Origin: Octopus sinensis
Lineage: Eukaryota
DNA: 18,042 nucleotides
Assembly: GCF_006345805.1 (NCBI RefSeq)
Contig: NW_021824568.1
Location: forward strand, 1-18,042
Reading direction: 5' to 3'
Shown: positions 1-7,890 of the stretch, piece by piece
Numbering within the stretch: the stretch's first letter is position 1
Layout: each line of letters begins with the position of its first letter
Notes under the pieces: model-generated
Told to the model about the DNA's origin: nothing
Databases searched by the model: none
What the model saw: only the letters and a program-made list of their open reading frames with translations
Translations under genes and position numbers: made by a program

Positions 1-143
1 TCTTTTCAGTTTCCGTCTACCAAATCCACTCACAAGGGTTTGGTCAGCTCGAGGCTATAATAGAAAACACTTGCCCAAGGTGCCACGCAATAGGACTGAA
101 CACAGAACCATGTGGTTGGGAAATTTCTTACCTCACAACCACG
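1..143 (-). mobile_element. SINE family A, tRNA-like head and conserved core (runs off the window's left edge)
   Basis: Reverse complement reads GCGTGGTTGTGAGGTAAGAAATTTCCCAACCACATGGTTCTGTGTTCAGTCC...ACCTTGGGCAAGTG...GTGAGTGGATTTGGTAGACGGAAACTGAAAAGA. It aligns with the copies at 3983-4131, 5273-5323 and 15655-15804. Pol III A/B-box-like motifs are degenerate. Confidence 0.85.
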
Positions 144-396
144 CTGTAAATGTGTGTGTTTGCGTTTCTGTTTGTCCTCCACCGCCGCTTGACAGCCGGT
201 GTGGTTGTATTTAGACTACCATAAATATAGCGGTTCGGCAAAAAAGATCGATGCAATAAGTACCAAGCTAAAAAAAAAGAAGAAAAAACAACAAAAATAA
301 GCACTGTGGTCGATTTCATTCAACGAAAACTTCTCCGCGGTGTTGCCCCAGCATGGCCGTAGTCCAATGGCTGAAAGAGGTAAAGAATAAAAGATA
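144..396 (+). mobile_element. SINE family A, 3' body and tail
   Basis: (TG)-rich linker, then TTTGTCC...GCTTGACAGCCGG...GCGGTTCGGCAAAA...AATAAGTACC...GCCCCAGCATGGCCG...CTGAAA...TAAAAGA. The same landmarks occur at 4620-4773 (+), 5005-5205 (-) and 15347-15525 (-). Confidence 0.8.
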
Positions 397-990
397 GAAA
401 GGAATATTTGTACAATGCTATTGTTGACCATCATGGGAGCTAAACTCCGCACTACGTCACTCGCAGACGTAACCACCGAAAGAATTATTAATAAACGCGT
501 TGCTCTCGCCTTCATTTCCGTACTTGATGCCACGAGATTAAACCAAGTCAACTATTGCAAGAAACCTTTCCGCTGAGAACATAAACTTTTGTTCTATTCA
601 CTTCTATACGTTGTGTCTATACGTTGAATTAGCTTCGGGGTTATTTGTTTCTTACTGAAAGCAAATATAATGTCCCCTTCCCCATTACTCTTCTCACTAT
701 GAGTCACATATTTTTGCCAGTAGATTATGGGTAACTGTGTACGGAAGTATCAATAGCAAATGACCAGGAAATTATCGAATGAACTATTATCATTGAAACT
801 TTTGTCCGTTCTTCAGTGTGGCTTTGTGTTCCACCAACCTGGTCTCATGTACTTTTATTCAATATCTTTTTTTTCACATCTCACTTTATCAACTATAAAA
901 CATCATTTGGATATCTTTTCCACAGAAAAAGAGAATAATTTATAACTGGACACATTTGTTTTTTTCATGATCCGCTAGATATATACATTT

Positions 991-1009
991 ACACACATTC
1001 ACACACACA

Positions 1010-1053
<44 letters not shown>

Positions 1054-1117
1054 ACACACATACACACACACACACGCACACACACAAACACGCACCGCAC
1101 ACACACCACACACACTC
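991..1117. repeat. imperfect (CA)n microsatellite
   Basis: Read directly from the sequence. Confidence 0.97.
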
Positions 1118-1118
1118 A

Positions 1119-1975
1119 TATCAGGCCGAGTAAAAAGTAGTCAACATTTTGAAGGATGAAATTCATCACAATGTATTTCGACAATGCGGAAATTTTATTT
1201 CTAACAGTAATTACCATTACAATCAACACGTTTTTGCCAACGAGTTACAAGTTTATTTATTCCAGTAACATAAAAGTCTGGAGTTCTGGAACTGATGAAC
1301 TCTTTGAACGCACTTTCAGCATCGGTTTGATTTTTGAACCCCTTCTCACGCAGGGAACCATCAAGGTGCTTGAAAAAGTGGTTGTCGGTAGGAGAAAGGT
1401 CTGGGGAATAAGCTGGGTGGGGATGAACTTCGTAGCGAAGTTCCCTCAACTTCTGGAGCGTCATTAGTAAAACGTGTGGTCGAGCATTGTCTTCTGTTGA
1501 CCAGTCTGGGACGGAGGAGTAGCAGTTTTTCGTTCATTTTGGCAATTTCATGGCAATATGTTTCTGCAGTAATCGCTTTTCCGGGTTTTAAGAAGTTACA
1601 GTGACTGAGTCCAGCAGTACACCACCAAACAGTCATCATAGCCTTCTTTTTGAAGAGCTCGGGTTTAGGGAAGATTTTTCGGTGTTTCATTTTGGTCCAG
1701 CCACTGCGAAGAACGTTTTTTTTATTATTATTGTACAGAATCCACTTTTTATCGTAAGTTACAATACGGTCGAGAAATGGATCAGTTCGGTTACGGAGAA
1801 GAAGCGACGAGCAAATCTCATATCTGCGCATTTTTCTGCTTTTCAAATTTTGTGGTACTCATTTGTCGAGCTTTTTTGATTTTCCGATCGCATGTAAATG
1901 ATTGCAGGCAGCTTTCTGGTTAACATGAAGTTATTTTGCCAGATTTCGAGTGGTTTTACATGGATCTTTCTCACA
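1119..1975 (-). mobile_element. Mariner (Tc1/mariner, DD34D) DNA transposon relic, 5'-truncated, with one putative TIR at about 1121-1150 next to TA
   Basis: Transposase motifs are on the minus strand (next feature). After the stop at 1201 and a short 3' UTR the element ends in TA|TCAGGCCGAGTAAAAAGTAGTCAACATTTT, which fits a TA target and a CAGG-starting mariner TIR. I found no matching left TIR, and homology stops near 1975. Confidence 0.92.
1201..1975 (-). pseudogene. Mariner transposase pseudogene (Hsmar1/SETMAR-like; cecropia-type assignment tentative)
   Basis: Across frames: TRNLAK*LHVNQKAACNHLHAIGKSKKLDK*VPQNL (WVPHEL motif, W changed to TGA at 1859-1861; TAA at 1931-1933), PFLDRIVTYDKKWILY (first Asp), KRSSQWLDQNETPK, MMTVWW, DNARPH...YSPDLSPTD (exactly 34 residues between the Asps) and RWQKRVDCNGNY. 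There are frameshifts near 1720 and 1676, and a deletion of about 20 bp removes KGPILLH near 1490. Confidence 0.93.
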
Positions 1976-2060
1976 GCCACATGCACGTTAATTTCACGAG
2001 CAGGTGGTTCCATTGATCAAATCAACTGAAACCCTTGTCGTCGTAACCGACGGAGTGCCA
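1974..2060 (+). mobile_element. probable 3' tail fragment of another SINE, abutting the broken mariner end
   Basis: CAGCCACATGCACGTTAATTTCACGAGCAGG...GTCGTCGTAACCGACGGAGTGCCA is CpG-rich and begins where mariner homology stops. It matches an octopus SINE 3' end only as I recall it, and there is no second copy in the window. Confidence 0.45.
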
Positions 2061-2511
2061 CGGCCGTATATATTATCTTTTACTTGTTTCAATCATTAGC
2101 CTTTGGTCAGGCTGGGCACCATGTATATATATATATAGCAAGACGAAAATGGAGGAAATCCAGAGGTAGTATTCATCAGCTGTTAGACATTATATTATGT
2201 CTATTTATATAAAACGGTTCTGATAATATATAATATATACATACATGTTTAGAGTACTAGTAATTTCTAGAATAGAGAAAGAAGAACAGTTTCTTACAGA
2301 TGTTTCTGCCAAGAGGTCACAGTAACCCACATGTTATTTCCATCTTTTCGGTGTACTGTAGTGATCTGTAGATCACTACAGAATCTGTGGAATAATTCTT
2401 GTTTGGAATTGGTTCTCGAACACACTCCGAATTCTATGTAAAAGGGATTTTTTCACCAAATTATTTACGTTATTTTATTGTGTTAAATGTACTTCGGGAA
2501 CCAATTCCAAG

Positions 2512-2512
2512 A

Positions 2513-2544
<32 letters not shown>

Positions 2545-2574
2545 CATATATATATATGTAAGCGTGTATGAGTG

Positions 2575-2618
<44 letters not shown>

Positions 2619-2636
2619 GCTGTGTGTGTGTCTGTG
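2512..2636. repeat. compound (TA)n / (TG)n microsatellite
   Basis: Read directly from the sequence. Confidence 0.97.
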
Positions 2637-3074
2637 CATCTTGAATACAAAAAAAGATTAGACAAATCAGTTTTTGTCATGACCTGTCAATTTTGGAGAA
2701 ATTCTTGTCGCTCTTGAGAACCTCTCCCCATTATATTTCGTGCTGGTGCCAATTGCTACAAAGTGATTGATCTGCCTAGTCCGGATTCACAAGCTAAAAA
2801 ACGTCGAAATATTCATACAGAATCTAACTTTCAATAAATTTCACAGTAATAGAAAATAATAAAAGTTCAATCATTCAATGAGCTTCATAATAATAATACA
2901 TGGTTGTCAGTTCAGTAGTTTCACCGAATTTTCTTTTGTACCTTCAATCTCTCCGAAACGTTTTTCATTTAACATTGTAGAAACCGGTCTGGTATTTTAA
3001 TGAATTTGTTATAAGAAATTTAAACTACAATAAGTTTTAAAACTCAAGTGCATTATCTTCAAAACCAACTCACC

Positions 3075-3105
3075 TATACATACATACGTTCACACATATA
3101 CATGC

Positions 3106-3144
<39 letters not shown>

Positions 3145-3250
3145 CATATGTGTGTATGGATGTGTGAGTGTGTGCATGTGTATATACATACATATGTATA
3201 TATATATATTATATATATATATATAATATATACAACACACACACACACAC
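3075..3250. repeat. compound (TACA)/(TA)/(TG)/(CA) microsatellite
   Basis: Read directly from the sequence. Confidence 0.95.
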
Positions 3251-3384
3251 TTGAGTGTTTGTGGGTTAAACAATAGTCGTGTACTTTTTTTATGCGACTT
3301 CCATTTAGATTTACTTCTGAATAAACTAACTACCGAGATTTTCAAAGTAAAATGATTTTAGAGATTGTAAACAGTAATTTGTGA

Positions 3385-3430
3385 TAGAGAGAGAAAGAGA
3401 GAGACAGAAAGAGGGAGGGAGAGAGAGAAA
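3385..3430. repeat. imperfect (GA)n purine tract
   Basis: Read directly from the sequence. Confidence 0.85.
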
Positions 3431-3511
3431 TGGTGGAGGAAAGAAAAGAACAGAGAAACAAACCTACTGAAAATGTGTCTATTCTCTCTTTCTCACTCGG
3501 AGTTGTGTTTA

Positions 3512-3536
3512 TAATGTCTAATGTCTAATGTCTAAT
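3512..3536. repeat. 7-bp tandem repeat (TAATGTC) x3.5
   Basis: TAATGTC TAATGTC TAATGTC TAAT. Confidence 0.9.
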
Positions 3537-3703
3537 ATATTCATTAAGAATTTCGATCTAATAGAAAATATAAATTACTTCTTTTTTTTCTTACATTATT
3601 CGCTTGCTGATTTGTTGATTTACTCTTTCTCACTATTCAAGTTTTATTCCGTCATCGAGATTTAATTCGATAAAAACCATTTGATATATTGTGGTTGGCA
3701 TGT

Positions 3704-3840
3704 CTAGTTGTGCGGTCAAGAAGTTCGTTTCGCATCTGGATGATTTCACGTTTGATTCCATTGCCTAGAATCTACGGCCGTGTCTTTTACTGTAGTCTCA
3801 ATTCGACATAAAGTCTTGCAACCGAAATATGGAAGACCAT
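3704..3840 (+). mobile_element. heavily diverged SINE family A head
   Basis: TAGTTGTGCGGTCAAGAAGTTCGTTTCGCA...GTGTCTTTTACTGTAGTCTC...AAAGTCTTG is collinear with the family A head landmarks, but with many substitutions. Confidence 0.5.
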
Positions 3841-3982
3841 CGGAGTCACCATTTCAATTCATGGGCTTAGCACCATCACCTTGACAATGGTCAACAGAGT
3901 AATTCTGACCTTCCTCCACCACCAACACCAGTGTCTGTGTGTCTTCAATAAAACCATTTAAAACATAGTCATTATTTTGTAT

Positions 3983-4490
3983 GAGCACAAGAGTGGCTGA
4001 ATGGTAAGAAGCTTGCTTTCCAACCACATGATTCTGAGTTCAGTCTCACTACGTGACACCTTTGACAATAACCTCGGACTAACCAAAAGCTTCTGAGTGG
4101 ATTTGGTAGAAGGAAACTGAAAAAAGCACGTCAAATATATATATATATATATATATATAAAGGGTAAAGACCCCCTTCGGTCATGAATGACCATGGGATT
4201 GCACCTAGAAAGTTACCCTCCTAGACACAAGTCCGGGCAAGGTTGTTTATGGAAGGCTAGCAGTCGCCCATGCATACCAGCCTCCCCTCTCCACGCCACC
4301 AGTGTTATCCAAGGGAAAGACAAAGGTCGATACAGCTTGGCACCTGTGACGTCGCAACTCATTTCTACAGCTGAGTGAACTGGAGCAACGTGAAATAAAG
4401 TGTCTTGCTCAAGAACACAACACGCAGCCCGGTCCGGGATTCGAGCTCACAACCTCACGATCGTAAGCTCGACGCTCTAACCACTGAGCC

Positions 4491-4521
<31 letters not shown>

Positions 4522-4773
4522 TGCATGTGTGTGTGTATGTGTGTTTCCATCTCTGTGTGTGCGCGCGCGCGTTTGTGTACGAGCATGTATGTGTGTGCGT
4601 GTGAGTCTGTCTTTGTGTCTATGATTGTTCCCCCACCACCTCTTGAAGCCGGTGTTGTATTTGTGTCACTGTAACGTAGCGCTTCTGTAGACTAAAATTT
4701 TTTTGCAAGGCGTTGCCCCAGCATGGCCGCACTCTGACGACTGAAACAAATAAAAGATAAAAGCATAAAAGAG
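3983..4773 (+). mobile_element. SINE family A, near full length, interrupted by a family B insertion
   Basis: Head 3983-4131 has an A-box TGGCTGAATGG (3994-4004) and a B-box-like GAGTTCAGTC. It is followed by a central (TA)n/(TG)n and a tail at 4620-4773 ending in TAAAAG repeats. Confidence 0.85.
4160..4493 (-). mobile_element. SINE family B, young copy 1 (334 bp)
   Basis: The minus strand begins TGGCTCAGTGGTTAGAGC (A box and tRNA D-arm), followed by GAGCTCGAATCCC (B-box variant) and core TTCTTGAGCAAGACACTTTATTTCACGTTGCTCCAG. It differs from 13923-14256 at 7 of 334 positions. Confidence 0.93.
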
Positions 4774-5004
4774 AATCGTTTGATTAATATGGCTGATCTT
4801 TTACATCGTTGATCGACGATATTGCAGAGTTAGCAGGGGTGAAATGTGGGCGGCCTTTTCCCAGAACCAAGTGCCTAACTCATTATACACTTACCTCCTC
4901 TCCATTCGTGAATACACCACGAAGGAAAAACAACTCAATACGCAGCATCCATGAAGCTACATACGATACCAGTTATTACTGCGTGTCTGTGGTTTTCTGT
5001 TGCC

Positions 5005-5323
5005 CTTTTTCCTTTACTTATTTCAGTCATTTGGATGCAGCCGTTAGCGGGGGAACCACCTTCAAGAATTGTTCATCGAATGAATTAACCTTAGAACTTT
5101 TTTTAAACCTTGGTATCTATTCCATTGATATTTTTTGCTGAATCGCTAAGTACCTAAACAAAAGCAACCCCGGCTGTCAAGCGGTAATGGGGGACAAACA
5201 GACACACACACGTAGATCTATATATATATATATATACATATGCAGAGAGAGAGAGGGGGTAGATTTATATAGGACGGGCTTCTTTCAGTTTCCGTCTACC
5301 AAATCCACTTACAAGAGTTTGGT
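5005..5323 (-). mobile_element. SINE family A, 5'-truncated copy
   Basis: Tail landmarks (TTTCAGTCATTTG, GGCTGTCAAGCGG, GGGGACAAAC), a central (CA)/(TA)/(GA) stretch and the head fragment GACGGGCTTCTTTCAGTTTCCGTCTACCAAATCCAC. Confidence 0.82.
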
Positions 5324-5832
5324 ATAGGGAAACTGATACAAGCCTCCTTTTTGGAAAAAAAATTAATAAATTACCTTACAAAGCAGCAGGTGTTTGTTAT
5401 AGTGGGTATGGTTTGTGAAGCCAACGTTGTATCGGTCATGTGCAACAAGTGCTACCAGCTCAGTAGTAATCTGGACTCGGGATTTGTATGGAGGTACCTT
5501 CTTTTAGATGAGCAGTGAAAGAGGTGAAGAATCTCATTTGCCCTGGATTCGTTGGAGTGTCTGCGAGTGACCGTTCGGAGGTCATTCTGTGACACATTAA
5601 TTCATAACGAACCCTAACAGTTGCTGCTACTCAGGGTTAGAGTAGAGCAGGGACTAATAGTGCCCAAGAGATGGTCCCACACTCCTCAAAGCCTTGGATC
5701 TCTCCAACCAAAGCCTCACCACCGGATGCAGCTTCAAGTCTAAACCAGGATTGATATAATGATTCTGTTAATAGTCAGCAGACAGTGTCAGTGAAATTGT
5801 CTCAAACTCAGACGAAGGTGTTTCTCTTCTAA

Positions 5833-6230
5833 TTGTTGTTGTTGATGTTGCTGTTGCTGTTGAGTGAACGGTCTTCGTCCCAGAGCTCGCAAGATAGGAG
5901 AAGTTCGAAACGTGGACCTTTGCTATTCGTAAGACCCGCAGAAGAGAAAGCAGATCAACCCCCGACACCGAAAGCATCGACGGATGGATGAATGCGCATC
6001 CAGGCTCAGCAGTTGCGTAGGAAGTCGGGGACAAGAAACAGGAAGAAAGAATGAGAGAAAGTTGAAGCGAAAGAGTACAACAGGGGTCGCCACCACCCCC
6101 TGCCGGAGCCTCATGGAGCTTTAGGTGTTTTCGCCCAATAAACACACACAACGCCCGGTCTGGGAATCGAAACCCTGATCCTCCGACCGCGAGTCCACTG
6201 CCCTAACCATTGGGCCATTGCGCCTCCACA
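5833..6230 (-). mobile_element. SINE family C, full length, (CAA)-type tail
   Basis: The minus strand reads TGTGGAGGCGCAATGGCCCAATGGTTAGGGCAG (A box)...GGTTTCGATTCCC (B box), with a tRNA-Arg-like head (tentative). The core is shared with 7317-7577, the 3' end is CAACAGCAACATCAACAACAA, and TTG-type repeats lie on both flanks. Confidence 0.88.
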
Positions 6231-6510
6231 CTTGTTGCTGTTGTTTAGCTTCCGATCACCGTTTATTCACTCACTCATCTGACATATAATCAAAGACACT
6301 CCAGCAGTATTACTGTACATCAAGAACAGCACCACCCATTTTGTCCTTCTTTTAAGACGGTTACAGTGTGATTAGACATTTGACTGCTATTTTTAACAGA
6401 TTGTGGACATTACGGCAATTAGACGGAGCAAAAGGTAACTTATTTCTTTGTATTTTTTTTGCTGTTTACCAAAGTCCTATAATGTAGAAGTCAATGATAT
6501 GGAATTTTAA

Positions 6511-6745
6511 GGCGGCGAGCTGGCCGAATCGTTAGCACGCTGAGCGAAATGCTTAGCGGTATTTCGTCTGCAGTTAAGTTCTGAGTTCAAATTCCGCCGA
6601 GGTTGATTTTGCCTTTCATCTTTTTGGGGTCGATTAAATAAGTACCAGTTACGCACTGGCATCGATGTAATCGACTTAATCCGTTTGTCTATCCCTGTTT
6701 GTCCCTTCTATGTTTAGCCCCTTGTGGGCAATAAAGAAATAAATA
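6511..6745 (+). mobile_element. SINE family D, tRNA-derived
   Basis: GGCGGCGAGCTGGCCGAATCGTTAG (A-box-like), GAGTTCAAATTCC (B-box-like, 6583-6595), central GCCTTTCATC...GGGGTCGATTAAATAAGTACCAG and an A-rich end AATAAAGAAATAAATAA. Confidence 0.85.
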
Positions 6746-7107
6746 ACATAGAATTTTATCCAATATTAAAAACATTGTACTTTGTTTCTGCTCGTTGCAT
6801 TTGTGGTGAGTGAAAGACGAAAAGGCATTAAGTGTGCTTTTGATATTCGATTTTCGGTGCTCAGCGGCGTCAGAAAAAGTTTCAACACAGACAAGAATGG
6901 TCTGTCTCTTGGAAGCGTTCAAATTCAATGGTTTTTATATTAATTAAAAAAAACTGCGAAAAATACATTCCTGCCGAGGTCAAGTGGGTGTCTGAGAATA
7001 ACCGAAAGAATTTAATAAAGCTTGATTCCTGAATCTATAGTTGCGTTGAACAATACTCTCACACGTACACACACACATACACACATACGTTCGCACATGT
7101 AGGCTCA

Positions 7108-7127
7108 TATAGATAGATAGACAAATG

Positions 7128-7159
<32 letters not shown>

Positions 7160-7168
7160 CATAGATAC

Positions 7169-7222
<54 letters not shown>

Positions 7223-7272
7223 GTATATATAAATATATCATCTATATATTATATATATATATGTGTGTGTGT

Positions 7273-7320
<48 letters not shown>
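7108..7320. repeat. compound (ATAG)n, (TA)n, (TG)n microsatellite
   Basis: Read directly from the sequence. Confidence 0.97.
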
Positions 7321-7321
<1 letters not shown>

Positions 7322-7577
7322 AGGCGGTTTCGATTCCCAGACCGGGTGTTGTGAGTGTTTATTGAGCGAAAACACCTAAAAGCTCCACGAGGCTCCGGCA
7401 GGGGGTGGTGATCCCTGCTGTACTCTTTCACCACTCTTTCTCCCACTCTTTCTTCTGTTGGCCTGCTCGCTTAGCCAGCAGGGTGGCGTCATTCAAAGGC
7501 TAAAAACAATGCGAACGCATTGTGACCAGCGATGTGTAACAACATCTGATGGTCTGGTTGGCCACGTGATCACGTGA
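7317..7577 (+). mobile_element. SINE family C variant (C'): A box deleted, different 3' tail
   Basis: TGTGGAGGCG is joined directly to GTTTCGATTCCC, so 47 nt are missing relative to 6220-6174. Segment 7327-7429 is about 90% identical to the reverse complement of 6069-6173, then diverges and ends CACGTGATCACGTGA. Confidence 0.87.
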
Positions 7578-7611
7578 GATATATACATATATATATTATA
7601 TATATATATAT

Positions 7612-7653
<42 letters not shown>

Positions 7654-7775
7654 TATATATATACATATATATATACATAATATATATACATATATACATT
7701 TATATATATGCATATATATATATGAATTAATATATGTATGCATATGCATACATATGTAGATCGTATATTTATATG
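7578..7775. repeat. degenerate (TA)n tract
   Basis: Read directly from the sequence. Confidence 0.95.
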
Positions 7776-7784
7776 TATACAGAG

Positions 7785-7890
7785 CGATAAGGAGGAGGGA
7801 GAAGGAGGGGGAGAGAGAGAAGGAAATAAAAGAGGGTGACGGATAGGGTAAAAAGACGGAGAGGCAGACTGAGAGAGAGAGACAGAGAGA
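7785..7890. repeat. purine-rich GA/GGA low-complexity tract
   Basis: Read directly from the sequence. Confidence 0.8.

Noticed and set aside
456-468. 13-mer GTCACTCGCAGAC also present inverted at 5559-5571
   Set aside because: Several chance 13-mer matches are expected in an 18-kb self-comparison, and it does not extend.
4187-4378. Near-identical 63-aa ORFs at 4187-4378 and 13950-14141
   Set aside because: They lie antisense within the two SINE B copies, so the identity reflects the repeat rather than a gene pair.
4425-4491. tRNA genes at the SINE heads (also 6160-6225, 6511-6600, 14190-14254)
   Set aside because: A and B boxes and a D-arm are present, but there is no paired anticodon or acceptor stem, and each continues into a SINE body.
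5375-5500. Possible minus-strand 126-bp exon (KVPPYKSRVQITTELVALVAHDRYNVGFTNHTHYNKHLLLCK) with donor AAG|GTAATT
   Set aside because: The acceptor is a weak AAAAG, I recognise no homology and there is no partner exon. It mostly shows how readily chance exon-like signals appear here.
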